A stretch of 64,000 nt of DNA. Source: Acidimicrobiales bacterium. GTDB lineage: Bacteria > Actinomycetota > Acidimicrobiia > Acidimicrobiales > JADJXE01. Position numbers and translations under genes: made by a program. The stretch covers positions 2,767,011 to 2,831,010 of the forward strand of contig JADJXE010000001.1 in NCBI GenBank assembly GCA_016716005.1, read 5' to 3'. Below, piece by piece: positions 1 through 8,767 of this stretch (within the stretch, counting starts at the first letter, position 1; every line of letters starts with the position of its first letter). The notes beneath the pieces were generated by a model. That model did not search any database, was not told the DNA's origin, and was given only the letters and a program-made list of their open reading frames with translations.

Positions 1-1234
1 GCTCCAGCAGCAGCACCGGCCGGCCGGCGGCCAGCAGACGGGCCCGGCGGGCCACGTGCTCGTCGGCGCCGGTCAGCGGGCCGAGCGCCCAGCCCTCGAC
101 CTCGTGGCGGACCGTGGGAGCGTCGGGGCGGAACAGCTCGGTGACCCGGCGCCGGGCGACGGCGAGCTCGGTGTCGTCGAGCACCTCGATCGTCGCGGGC
201 TCGAGCTGGTCGGCCACGAGGAGGCGCCCGTCGAGCACGGCCACGTCGAGGCGGTCGAGGGTTCGCAGGGCGTCGGGGTCGAGGATCACCACGCCCCGCT
301 GGGCGAGCAGCCGCCCGACCTGGGCCGCGAAGGCCTCCCGGCCGAGGCGGGCCGCCTTGGGCACCCCGGCCAGCAGGGCGGCGGCGGCGCGGTCGAGGCT
401 GCGCAGGAGGGGGACGGCGACCGCGAACCCGCCCAGCGAGGCCAGCAGCACCCGCTCGTCGTAGCGCTCGATGGGCCCGGGCCGCAGCGGCGCCGGGCGG
501 GTGGGCGGGTAGAGCGGGCCGATCGGGTGGGCCGACGGCGTGGCGCACAGCTCGGGCTCTCGGGCGACCCACGCCCGCCGGCGGCCCTCGGCCTCGCCGA
601 GCAGCGACCCCCGGTGGACGATGTCGAGCAGGGGCCCGAGGGGGCCCTGGGCCAGGCCGGCGGCGATGCCGTTCCCGACGGCCAGGGCCAGCTCGGCCAC
701 CGGGGTCGTCAGGCGGCGGTCGATGGGGTCGCGGGCGCGTGGCACGTTGGCGAGCAGGGAGAGCAGGGCGGCGGTGTCGACCTCGATGGGCAGCGTCGGC
801 ACCCGCAGGGCCCGTCCGACCAGGGCCAGGGCCAGGCCGGTGGCGTCGGCGCCCAGGGCGACCAGGTCGCGCACGATCGGCTCGTGGTCGCCCGGGTGGT
901 CCGGGCGGCCGTTGGCGAAGGGGGTGTGCTCGACGCCCAGGCGGCGTTCGACGTCGTCGACGACGGCGACGCACCAGGCCGGGCCGACCACGTCGGGGTC
1001 GAAGGCCACGACGGCCCGACCCGGGGCCGACAGCACCTCGACCCACCGGATGCCGGGCCGGCCGTCGAGGGCGCCGACGAGGTGCTCGGCGAAGGACGCG
1101 GTGGCCTCGCCGTCGAGCTCGCGCAGCTCGACGTGCACCCGGCCGCCCTCCGGCGTGGCCCACACCCGCCGATGGCGGTGGGGGAGGTCGTACACGGGGC
1201 GGAGGCGGTCGAGCAGCGCCATGGCGCCTACCAT
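1..1234 (-). CDS. N-terminal part of a large CtpH/CtpI-like cation-translocating P-type ATPase (runs off the left edge)
   Basis: Manual minus-strand translation from ATG 1234 (or 1222) is open to base 1: MALLDRLRPVYDLPHRHRRVWATPEGGRVHVELRE...PLRPGPIERY...AGVPKAARLGREAFAAQVGRLLARRGVVILDPDALRTLDRLD. These motifs are recalled from the actinobacterial CtpH/I N-terminus. It is absent from the ORF track because there is no stop in the window. Confidence 0.65.
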   Translation of the reverse strand, partial: MVGAMALLDRLRPVYDLPHRHRRVWATPEGGRVHVELRELDGEATASFAEHLVGALDGRPGIRWVEVLSAPGRAVVAFDPDVVGPAWCVAVVDDVERRLGVEHTPFANGRPDHPGDHEPIVRDLVALGADATGLALALVGRALRVPTLPIEVDTAALLSLLANVPRARDPIDRRLTTPVAELALAVGNGIAAGLAQGPLGPLLDIVHRGSLLGEAEGRRRAWVAREPELCATPSAHPIGPLYPPTRPAPLRPGPIERYDERVLLASLGGFAVAVPLLRSLDRAAAALLAGVPKAARLGREAFAAQVGRLLAQRGVVILDPDALRTLDRLDVAVLDGRLLVADQLEPATIEVLDDTELAVARRRVTELFRPDAPTVRHEVEGWALGPLTGADEHVARRARLLAAGRPVLLLE

Positions 1235-1284
1235 GTTCGGCCTGTCGGGGGCGGTGGGCTAGGGGCGGACGGCCGTGATCTGGG

Positions 1285-2037
1285 TCACCGACTGGTGATC
1301 TTGGCCTGCAGGGCGCGGAGGCGCTCCGCGAACCAGGGCTGCTCGATGGACCACACCTGCGGATCGAGCTCACGGTTCACCGCGGCCTCGTGGTCGGCGA
1401 CGTTGCCCATGTCTCCGAGCGTGCGCTTCACGGTGACGGCCAGCTCACGGGGAGCCTCGGCCGCCCTGGTGGCCAGGGTGCGCGCGGCCTCCAGCAGGGT
1501 GTCGTCGTCGACGCAGCGCCAGACCAGCCCGGTCCGCTCGGCCTCGGCGCCGTCGAGCACCTCGCCGAACAGGATGGCGGCCGCCGCGGTCTGGGGCCCG
1601 GCGGCGCGCTGGAACATCCAGGTGTGGCCGCCCCCGGGGTGGAGGCCGAGCTGCAGGAAGCGGGTGTCGAAGCGCGCCCGCCGGCCGGCGAGCCGAACGT
1701 CGCAGACGAGGGCCAGGTTCATGCCGGCGCCGACGGCGGCGCCGTTGACGGCGGCGATGGTGGGCAGCGGGCACCGGCCCACCCGCAGGAAGCCCTCGTA
1801 GATCCGGCGGAGGCCCTCGCGCTTGGCCGCGCCCAGGTGGTCGAGGTTGGCGCCGGCGCAGAACGCCGGGGGCGCCCCGGTGACGACCACCGCGCCCACA
1901 CCGGGGTCGGCCTCGACCTCCTCGAACGCGGCGATGATCTCGTCGACCATCGGGAGGGTGAGGGCGTTGCGGCGGTCGGGGTCGTCGAGGGTGACGACGG
2001 CGACGCCGTCGGCGATGTCGGTGCGGACGAGGCTCAC
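1285..2037 (-). CDS. Enoyl-CoA hydratase/isomerase
   Basis: Crotonase motifs AFCAGANL and AAVNGAAVGAGMNLALVCD. Confidence 0.92.
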   Translation of the reverse strand: MSLVRTDIADGVAVVTLDDPDRRNALTLPMVDEIIAAFEEVEADPGVGAVVVTGAPPAFCAGANLDHLGAAKREGLRRIYEGFLRVGRCPLPTIAAVNGAAVGAGMNLALVCDVRLAGRRARFDTRFLQLGLHPGGGHTWMFQRAAGPQTAAAAILFGEVLDGAEAERTGLVWRCVDDDTLLEAARTLATRAAEAPRELAVTVKRTLGDMGNVADHEAAVNRELDPQVWSIEQPWFAERLRALQAKITSR

Positions 2038-3170
2038 GGCGCCGAGTCTGTCATCCCCTCGTGGCCCTCACGGCCCTCGACGGGCCGACCCCCGACGGGC
2101 CGGCGCTCGTCGTGGCGCTCGCCGAGCCGGTGGATCACCGCCGGCGAGTGGCGGAAGAACTCCTCGACGTCGCTCTGGTAGCGGTAGCCGGGTGAGGCAC
2201 CCACGGTCTCGCGGAGTCGCAGCGCCCGGGCGAAGTCGTCGACGGTGCCGGCCGACGTGTGCTGGTAGCGGAACCCGGCCTCCTTCAGGCGGCGGTTGTC
2301 GGCCCCACGCCCGTAGCGGAGGAGCGTGAGGGTCTCGGGGGGCAGGTGCACCACCCCCAGCCGCCGCAGCAGCCCGGCCGCGACCTCGGTGCCGACCGCC
2401 GGCAGCGGGAAGGTGCGCTTGCCCACCAGGGCCGCGACCTCGCTCCACGGGAGCAGGCCGTCGCCGGCCACGTTGAACACCCCGGGCAGGTCGGCGTCCA
2501 TCACGAACAGCAGCGAGCGGATGACGTCGTCCTCGTGCACGAACTGGATCCGGGGGTCGAAGCCGAGCACCGAGGGCACCAACGGCTGCTCGAGGGCCCG
2601 GGAGAGCGGGGTGGAGATGTCGGGCCCCAGCACGTTCGAGAACCGCAGCAGGGTCACGCTGACGTGGGGGTTGTCCTCGGCGAAGTCGCTGACGTAGCCC
2701 TCCACCTCGACCAGCGAGCGCTCGACCGCGGTGACCGGGGGCGCGCTGCGGGGGGTCTCCTCCGAGAACCAGACGGGGTCCAGCGGGGCCGAGCCGTACA
2801 CCAGCGTGGCCGACTTCACGACCACCGTGCGCACCGTGGACCCGGGGGCGCTGGCCGCCGCGAACAGGTTCATGGTGCCGATCACGTTGATCTCGTGCAT
2901 CGTGCGGGCCCGCATCATCGTGGAGTCGACGACCAGGAACGTGTGCAGGATCGTGTCGACGCCGGTGGCCTTCACGATGCGCGACAGGATCGAGTAGCTC
3001 TCGTCGCAGCGGACGTACTCGGTGCGCTCCAGGGCCACGGTGGGCTCGTGGATGTCGAGGCCGACGATCACCTCGACGTCGGGGTCGGACTCGAGGGCCT
3101 GGGCGACGCGGCCACCCCAGAACGACCCGAGACCGGTGATGAGCACGCGGCGGCCGCCGCCCCCGTTCAC
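2034..3170 (-). CDS. NAD-dependent epimerase/dehydratase (Rv0501-like)
   Basis: N-terminal VLITGLGSFWG Rossmann motif, EINVIGT, LRFSNVLG; 4-bp overlap with the next gene. Confidence 0.85.
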   Translation of the reverse strand: MNGGGGRRVLITGLGSFWGGRVAQALESDPDVEVIVGLDIHEPTVALERTEYVRCDESYSILSRIVKATGVDTILHTFLVVDSTMMRARTMHEINVIGTMNLFAAASAPGSTVRTVVVKSATLVYGSAPLDPVWFSEETPRSAPPVTAVERSLVEVEGYVSDFAEDNPHVSVTLLRFSNVLGPDISTPLSRALEQPLVPSVLGFDPRIQFVHEDDVIRSLLFVMDADLPGVFNVAGDGLLPWSEVAALVGKRTFPLPAVGTEVAAGLLRRLGVVHLPPETLTLLRYGRGADNRRLKEAGFRYQHTSAGTVDDFARALRLRETVGASPGYRYQSDVEEFFRHSPAVIHRLGERHDERRPVGGRPVEGREGHEGMTDSAP

Positions 3171-3192
3171 GGTCGGTCCCCTCGCGGCGGGG

Positions 3193-4137
3193 TCATCCGA
3201 ACCACACGCTGCGCCGGCTCCGGAGCATCTCGTAGAGGGCCTCCTGGATCCGCTGGCGGATCTCCTCCGAGGCGTCCATCACCTTGCTGCGCGAGTACCG
3301 CACCTGGTCGGGCTCGACGTCGAAGCGGACCGGCTCGAGGACGCGGATGCGGAACTTGGCCGGGAGGTGCACGGCCAGGCCCATCGGCCCGAGGAGCAGC
3401 ATGTTGGCGGTGACGGGCAGGTACGGCAGCCCGAGCGCCCGGGCGAGCGGGTTGAGGTGGAACAGGGTGGGCATCGACTCCTCGGCGCCCAGTATCGCGA
3501 GGGGCACGACGGGCACGCCGGCCCGCATCGCGATGTCGACGAAGCCGCCGCGCCCGAACCGGCGCAGGCGATAGCGCTGGCTGAAGGGCTTGGCCGGGCC
3601 CTTGCTGCCCTCGGGGAACACCAGCACCAGCTGCTGCTGCTCGCGCAGCAGCCGGTAGGCGTTGTCCGGATGGGCGAGCACGCCACCGAGCCGCGACCAG
3701 AGCGTGCCCACCACGGGGATCTCGCGGAAGAGGTGGTCGGCCAGTCCGTAGACGGGGCGGCCGAGCTCGGTCTCGAGGCCGTGCATGATCGCGGGGGCGT
3801 CGGACGGCACCGCGGCGGCGTGGTTCGCCACCAGCAGGGCGCCGCCGGTGGGCGGGAGGTGCTCGAAGCCCTCCCACTCCACCCGGTGCCAGCGACGGTA
3901 GAGGGGGTCGTAGGCCCGGCGGGCCAGCGCCCGGAGGTGCTCGGAGCGCCCCCACTCGTCGACGTCGGACCGCCGCGGGTCGGCCAGCGCGACCTCCGGC
4001 TCGGCTCGGGTGCTCACCGGGACGAGTGCACCGGCGGACTCGGCCGAGCCGGTGGGGGCCAGGACGCGGTCCGGGCGGGTCGCGACCGCGGGTGGTTCAG
4101 CGGACTCGAACCGCCAGTCGTCCTCCACGCCGCCCAT
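3193..4137 (-). CDS. Lysophospholipid/glycerolipid acyltransferase (PlsC-like, Rv0502-like)
   Basis: ALLVANH, VFPEG and GVPVVP motifs. Start moved to ATG 4137. Confidence 0.88.
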   Translation of the reverse strand: MGGVEDDWRFESAEPPAVATRPDRVLAPTGSAESAGALVPVSTRAEPEVALADPRRSDVDEWGRSEHLRALARRAYDPLYRRWHRVEWEGFEHLPPTGGALLVANHAAAVPSDAPAIMHGLETELGRPVYGLADHLFREIPVVGTLWSRLGGVLAHPDNAYRLLREQQQLVLVFPEGSKGPAKPFSQRYRLRRFGRGGFVDIAMRAGVPVVPLAILGAEESMPTLFHLNPLARALGLPYLPVTANMLLLGPMGLAVHLPAKFRIRVLEPVRFDVEPDQVRYSRSKVMDASEEIRQRIQEALYEMLRSRRSVWFG

Positions 4138-4242
4138 GGTACGCAGCGCCCCAACGGGCCCGGCCGGATCGACCGGGCCGCCGGTGGGGGCCCGAGCCGC
4201 AAGGCGAGGAGAGTGACACACCCGGGGCCCATACTCGCCGTG

Positions 4243-4695
4243 ATGGATGTGTCCTCAGCCGTGCGCTTCGCCGGCGCGGTGCGAGCCCTCAGCCGGGCTG
4301 CTCGCGCCCTGGGCCTGGCCGTCCCGGGGTTCCGCAGCCCGCCCCGGTTGCCCGGGGTCGACCGCACCCTGCGCCGCCGCGCCGACGGTTCGGTGTCGGT
4401 GGCGGTGCGGCTGCGGGGGCGGCCGTGGCCGGCGGTGCTGGCCGACCTGGTCGAGGGGGTCGTGGCCGCCAACCGGCTCGGCGGCGTCGAGGCCGACCGG
4501 GTGCGGGCCGCCCTGTGGGGCGCGGTGGGCGACCAGGTGGACGATCAGGCGGGCGAGGCCGCAGCTCGTGGGGTCGGTGGGCCGGAGCGGCGGCTCGTGC
4601 CGGTGCCGCAGCCCGGGGACGTGCCGCAGCCCGGGGACGTGCCGCCTCGCCGTCCGCGTTCACCTACCGTGGATGCACCCGCCCGGGTGGCGTAA
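4243..4695 (+). CDS. Hypothetical protein (~150 aa)
   Basis: Plausible codon usage (MDVSSAVRFAGAVRAL...PGFRSPPRLPGVDRTLRRR). The TAA stop lies inside the tRNA D-loop. Confidence 0.65.
   Translation: MDVSSAVRFAGAVRALSRAARALGLAVPGFRSPPRLPGVDRTLRRRADGSVSVAVRLRGRPWPAVLADLVEGVVAANRLGGVEADRVRAALWGAVGDQVDDQAGEAAARGVGGPERRLVPVPQPGDVPQPGDVPPRRPRSPTVDAPARVA
4603..4645 (+). repeat. 18-bp in-frame tandem repeat (~2.4 copies; VPQPGD)
   Basis: GTGCCGCAGCCCGGGGAC at 4603-4620 and 4621-4638, partial to 4645. Confidence 0.9.
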
Positions 4696-4767
4696 CCGGC
4701 AGGCGCAGGGGGCTTAAACCCCTCGGTCCGCGAGGACGTGCGGGTTCGAGTCCCGCCCCGGGCACCA
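4681..4767 (+). tRNA. tRNA-Leu(UAA)
   Basis: Acceptor stem GCCCGGG/CCCGGGC plus A and CCA; anticodon arm GGGGG-CTTAAAC-CCCTC; long variable arm GTCC-GCGA-GGAC; T arm GCGGG-TTCGAGT-CCCGC. Confidence 0.95.
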
Positions 4768-4804
4768 ACGGTGAGTTGGAGCCACCTGTCGGTCGACGAC
4801 TCGA

Positions 4805-5683
4805 TCAGCTCGCTCCCGTGAGGACTGGGAGCAGGGCCCGGGCGACCTCGGCCGGTCGCTCCTCGTGTGCGAACAGACCGGCACCTTCGATGACCTGGAG
4901 GCGGGCGTCGGGGAACGTCCCGACCATCTCCTTCGCCCATCCGACGGGGAAGAACGGGTCGCGATCGCCCCAGACGAGCTGGACGGGGACGTCGATCCGG
5001 CGATGCAGCTCCGTCAGGTCGCGCACGAGCTGCTGGTCGAAGCTCCGGAGCAGCCGCACGGCGGCGTCACGGCGCTCCGGCGACGTGTGCAGCGGCTGGA
5101 GGAAGAACTCGTCGAACTCGCCGTCGAGCAGGGACGAGTCGGCGAACGCATCGCCGAGCACGAACCGGTTGCGGCGCAGCCGCGGTCGTCCGGCGACCCA
5201 GCCGAGGCCTGCGCCGAACCCGGGCACGCGACGCGCCGCGACGAACGACGTGAACCGCCAGCTCAGACCCCTCGGCTGTTCGGTGTCGATCAGCCCCAAG
5301 GCGCGCAGCCGCGTGTCGCCGGCCACTGCGTGCCGGGCGATCAGCCCACCGCTGTCGTGCCCCACCACCGCGACGTCGTCCAGCTCGAGGACGTCCAGCA
5401 CACGGCGGACGCTGTGGATGTGCTGGCCGATCGTCAGTGGGGTGTCGGCCGTGAACCGGCTGGACCCGGCGCCCGGCAGGTCGATCACGTGGCAGGTGAC
5501 GTGGTCGGCCAGGTGTGGCAGGAGGGTCCGGAACGTGGCCCCGCTGACCGGCCAGCCGTGGACGAACAGCACGTCGGGGCCGCTGCCCACCGCACGGTGG
5601 GCCACCTCGCCGGCCCCGACGTCGAGGAACCGGTCGGGCTCGCGGCGGAACAGGTCGGCGGCGGCTGCCGGGGTGATGCTCAT
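4805..5683 (-). CDS. Alpha/beta hydrolase (epoxide hydrolase/haloalkane dehalogenase-like)
   Basis: LFVHGWP oxyanion motif and GHDSGG nucleophile elbow. Start at ATG 5683, ATGA-coupled to the upstream gene. Confidence 0.88.
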   Translation of the reverse strand: MSITPAAAADLFRREPDRFLDVGAGEVAHRAVGSGPDVLFVHGWPVSGATFRTLLPHLADHVTCHVIDLPGAGSSRFTADTPLTIGQHIHSVRRVLDVLELDDVAVVGHDSGGLIARHAVAGDTRLRALGLIDTEQPRGLSWRFTSFVAARRVPGFGAGLGWVAGRPRLRRNRFVLGDAFADSSLLDGEFDEFFLQPLHTSPERRDAAVRLLRSFDQQLVRDLTELHRRIDVPVQLVWGDRDPFFPVGWAKEMVGTFPDARLQVIEGAGLFAHEERPAEVARALLPVLTGAS

Positions 5684-6072
5684 GCTTCGCCCGCCCCGTG
5701 GATCTTCATCGCGGTTCCGAGGTCGAAGTAGTCCCGCCACACCGTGATCTTGCCGTCGTGCACCTCGAAGACGCTGTTGACCGGCAGCTCCCGCCACCCG
5801 TGGTCGAGGCGGTGGCGGTCCAGGCGCTCGAGGAAGACCACCGGGCCCGCAGCCGCCTTCCGCAGGATGACGAACTCGTTCTCGTGGATCGGGGCGAAGA
5901 ACGGCTCGAGCACCTCCCGCACCCCGGCGTGGCCCCGCACGGTCGTGATCGGGATGTTCGTGTACTCGACATCGTCGGCGAGGTAGGCCAACGCGGTGTC
6001 GAAGTCCATGGCGACGAAGGCGTCGAGGAACGCCTCCACCACCCCGAGCGATCCTGCAGCGTGTTCGGTCAT
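5680..6072 (-). CDS. Limonene-1,2-epoxide hydrolase family (SnoaL/NTF2 fold)
   Basis: DDVEYTNIP, VFLERLDR and KITVWRDYFD motifs; 130 aa from ATG 6072. Confidence 0.88.
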   Translation of the reverse strand: MTEHAAGSLGVVEAFLDAFVAMDFDTALAYLADDVEYTNIPITTVRGHAGVREVLEPFFAPIHENEFVILRKAAAGPVVFLERLDRHRLDHGWRELPVNSVFEVHDGKITVWRDYFDLGTAMKIHGAGEA

Positions 6073-6093
6073 GTGAGGCTCCTCGCGACGGTG

Positions 6094-6135
6094 TGTAGTG
6101 ATCGCTGCGAAACCATAGATGCAGTGATCACTACA
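6094..6135. promoter_or_regulatory. 15-bp inverted repeat, likely TetR operator
   Basis: TGTAGTGATCGCTGC-N12-GCAGTGATCACTACA (14/15 complementary) in the divergent promoter region. Confidence 0.7.
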
Positions 6136-6147
6136 ATCAAGGGCGAG

Positions 6148-6684
6148 ATGGGCCACAAGCACGCCAAGGCGGACATCCTGGATGGAGCGCTCGGAGCCGC
6201 CTTCGACGACGGGCTGAGCCAGCTCACCTTCGGACGCGTCGCCAAGCGGCTCGGCATCAGCGACCGGATCGTCGTCTACTACTTCCCCACGAAGGAGGAT
6301 CTGATCAGCGAGGTCCTGGTCGCCATGGGGAGCGAGCTCCAGGAGACCCTGGCCCCGACCTTCTCCGCGCCGGCGGCCGACCACCTCGAGCTCCTTCGCG
6401 CGGCCTGGCCGATCCTGGCCCACCCCGACGCCGACCCGGTCTTCGCGCTCTTCTTCGAAGCCGGCGGCCTCGCCGCGACCGGCCGCGAGCCCTACCGCTC
6501 CCTCGTGCCCCAGCTCGTCGAAGCCTGGATCGTCTGGGCCAGCGAGTTCATCCGCGGCGTGCCGGCACGGCGCCGCGCCGAGGCCGAGGCCGCCATCGCC
6601 GTCCTCGACGGTCTGCTGCTGCTCCGCCAGCTCGCCGGACCCGACGCCGCTGGTCGCGCCGCCCGAAGGATCGGGATCCGCTAG
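6148..6684 (+). CDS. TetR/AcrR family regulator
   Basis: HTH LTFGRVAKRLGISDRIVVYYFPTKEDL; start ATG 6148 (alternative GTG 6124). Confidence 0.9.
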   Translation: MGHKHAKADILDGALGAAFDDGLSQLTFGRVAKRLGISDRIVVYYFPTKEDLISEVLVAMGSELQETLAPTFSAPAADHLELLRAAWPILAHPDADPVFALFFEAGGLAATGREPYRSLVPQLVEAWIVWASEFIRGVPARRRAEAEAAIAVLDGLLLLRQLAGPDAAGRAARRIGIR

Positions 6685-6733
6685 CTGCTGGCTGCGCCTG
6701 TGGCTCGGGACGCCCCGTCGGGGTCCTGAACCG

Positions 6734-6774
6734 CTCGGTCCGAGAGGATCTGCGGGTTCGAGTCCCGCCCCGGG
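6734..6774 (+). repeat. Degenerate copy of the tRNA-Leu 3' half (att-like)
   Basis: CTCGGTCCGAGAGGATCTGCGGGTTCGAGTCCCGCCCCGGG versus tRNA 4722-4762, 3 mismatches, no CCA. Weaker similarity extends into the anticodon arm. Confidence 0.88.
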
Positions 6775-6855
6775 GCTCGGACGGAGTCCGGGTGACGGGC
6801 CATGCTCTGGAGATGTCCCTCGATCCAGGTCCGATGACGCCCGGGCGCGCCTGCT

Positions 6856-6906
6856 CGCGCCTGGTGCGTCGGTGGTCGCCGAGCGGACACCTGCGCACCA
6901 GGCGCG
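6856..6906. repeat. REP-like palindrome family A, copy 1
   Basis: 13-bp stem CGCGCCTGGTGCG...CGCACCAGGCGCG; the 41-bp core is 39/41 identical to 8132-8172. Confidence 0.85.
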
Positions 6907-7036
6907 GGGTCGCAGACGGCGGCCATCGGGCCGGTGGTCGAGCGGGCGCGGGGCTGGCGGGCCGCGCCCCGAGGGACGCCACCGCGCCCGTCGACGCCGG
7001 TGAACTCGCCCACCATCGAGCCCAGGAGCTGATCCC

Positions 7037-8068
7037 ATGAGGCACCTCGTCTTCAACGCCCCCGGCGACCTGCAGTGGCGGGAGGTGGCCGATCCCACCA
7101 TCGACGACGATCACCAGGCGCTGGTGCGCCCGATCGCCGTCGCCCGCTGCGACCTCGACCCCGCCATCGCGCTGGGCCTCTACCCGATGCGCGGGCCGTT
7201 CCCCATGGGCCACGAGATGGTGGGGGAGGTGGTGGACCGTGGTGAGGCCGCCGGGCCGTTCGAGGTGGGCGACCGGGTGATCGTGCCGTTCCAGATCAGC
7301 TGCGGCACCTGCCCGATGTGCCGGCGGGGACTCACCAACGCCTGCGAGTCGGTCCCACCGGGATCGGCGTTCGGCCTCGGACCCCATGGTGGCGTCGAGC
7401 ACGGCGGGGCCCTGGCCGATCTGGTCCGGGTGCCCCACGCCGACCACCTGCTGCTCCCCCTGCCCGACGGGGTCGACCCGGTCGCCGCGGCCGGCATCCC
7501 CGACAACGTCGCCGACGGCTACCGCTGCGTTGCCGGACCCATGGCGGAGTGGCCCGGCGAAGCGGTGCTCGTCGTCGGCGGTCTCGCCCAGTCGGTCGGC
7601 CTCTACGCCGTGGCGGCGGCCGCCGCGCTGGGGGCACCCCGCGTGGTCTACGTCGACCAGGACCCCGAGCGCCTCCGGGTCGCCCGCTCCCTCGGCGCCG
7701 AGATCGCCGCCGTCGCGCTGGCCGACCTGACCGCCACCGAGCAGTTCGCCGTCACCGTCGACGCCTGCGTCCTCGACCAGGGCCGCAACCACGCCCTGCG
7801 CTCGACCCGACCGTGCGGCACCTGCACCAGCGTCTCCGGCGGCGCCGGCGCCAGTGCCGACCTGCCGTTGCAGTCGATGTACCTCAAGGGGATCCGTTAC
7901 GAGATCGGCCGGGTCCACGCCCGTGCCACCGCCGAACCCGTCCTCGACCTCGTCACCGCCGGCCGGCTCGACCCCACCAGCGTCGTCAGCCGCGTCGTGC
8001 CGTTCGCCGACGCCGTCGACGCCATGACCGACCCGGCGGTGAAGATCGTCTTCACCAACGACGGGTGA
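7037..8068 (+). CDS. Zinc-dependent alcohol dehydrogenase (MDR family)
   Basis: RCDLD, GHEMVGEV and structural Zn cysteines CGTCPMC...C. Confidence 0.92.
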   Translation: MRHLVFNAPGDLQWREVADPTIDDDHQALVRPIAVARCDLDPAIALGLYPMRGPFPMGHEMVGEVVDRGEAAGPFEVGDRVIVPFQISCGTCPMCRRGLTNACESVPPGSAFGLGPHGGVEHGGALADLVRVPHADHLLLPLPDGVDPVAAAGIPDNVADGYRCVAGPMAEWPGEAVLVVGGLAQSVGLYAVAAAAALGAPRVVYVDQDPERLRVARSLGAEIAAVALADLTATEQFAVTVDACVLDQGRNHALRSTRPCGTCTSVSGGAGASADLPLQSMYLKGIRYEIGRVHARATAEPVLDLVTAGRLDPTSVVSRVVPFADAVDAMTDPAVKIVFTNDG

Positions 8069-8127
8069 CCGGTGCCCTCGCCGGGCGTGGGCGGCCCGTG
8101 CGGCCGGCCCACGTCCGGGGTCGCGCC

Positions 8128-8176
8128 GAGGCTGGTGCGTGGGTGGTCGCCCAGCGGACACCTGCGCACCAGCCTC
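8128..8176. repeat. REP-like palindrome family A, copy 2
   Basis: 12-bp stem GAGGCTGGTGCG...CGCACCAGCCTC between convergent genes. Confidence 0.85.
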
Positions 8177-8203
8177 TGGCCGCGGGTCGCGTCGACTGCT
8201 CGA

Positions 8204-8767
8204 TCAGGCCCAGGAGACGAAGGCGGCGTCGAAGGTGGCGACGAGCCGGGCGAAGCTGCGGTCGACGGCCTGGGGCAACCCGAAGCCCCCGGCCGCCTCG
8301 AGGGCCACGAAGCCGTGGAGCGCGCTCCGGAGGGCGCGGGTGGCGTCGATGGCGTCGTCACCGCGCAGGCCGTACCCGGCGAGCACGGCGAGCACCACCA
8401 CGAGCACGGCGTCGCTGGCGGTCACGTGCTCGGCATCGGCCGGGTCGGGTGCCCGCACCGTGGCCGCGTAGCGGCCGGGGTGCTCGGTGGCGTACGTGCG
8501 GTAGGCGTTCGCCATGGCGGCCAGGGCGTCCCCCGTGGCCCGGCCCACCGCAGCAGCGGACAGCGCGGCGGCCAGCTCGCCCGTGGCCTGCACGGCGAGA
8601 CCGCGGTGGAGGGCGTCGAGGCCGTCGACGTGCTTGTACAGGCTGGGGAGCCTGACCCCGAGGCGCTGCGCCACGGCCGCCAGGGTGAGGTGGTCGTAGC
8701 CCACGTCGTCGGCCACCAGCGCGGCCTCGCCCACGACGAGGGCGGGGGTGAGCCCGGCCCTAGGCAC
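8204..8767 (-). CDS. TetR/AcrR regulator with WHG-type C-terminal domain
   Basis: LTLAAVAQRLGVRLPSLYKH HTH; ALRSALHGFVALE. Confidence 0.9.
   Translation of the reverse strand: MPRAGLTPALVVGEAALVADDVGYDHLTLAAVAQRLGVRLPSLYKHVDGLDALHRGLAVQATGELAAALSAAAVGRATGDALAAMANAYRTYATEHPGRYAATVRAPDPADAEHVTASDAVLVVVLAVLAGYGLRGDDAIDATRALRSALHGFVALEAAGGFGLPQAVDRSFARLVATFDAAFVSWA

Larger units (their letters stand above)
4768..6733. mobile_element. Putative integrase-less islet between tRNA-Leu and its duplicated 3' half
   Basis: Bounded by the tRNA 3' half (4722-4762) and a 38/41-identical direct copy (6734-6774). It carries three genes and no recombinase. Confidence 0.5.

Noticed and set aside
56-1801. 581-aa plus-strand ORF
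   Set aside because: Antisense shadow of the P-type ATPase and enoyl-CoA hydratase genes.
2034-4137. Epimerase-acyltransferase pair as a novel system
   Set aside because: Known conserved actinobacterial pair (Rv0501/Rv0502-like).
4707-4723. Alternative anticodon register AGGGG-GCTTAAA-CCCCT giving a UUA (ochre suppressor) anticodon
   Set aside because: It lacks U33 and shifts the cloverleaf; the standard register gives Leu(UAA).
6719-6778. Second functional tRNA gene
   Set aside because: No intact D arm or acceptor pairing and no CCA; treated as an att-like fragment.
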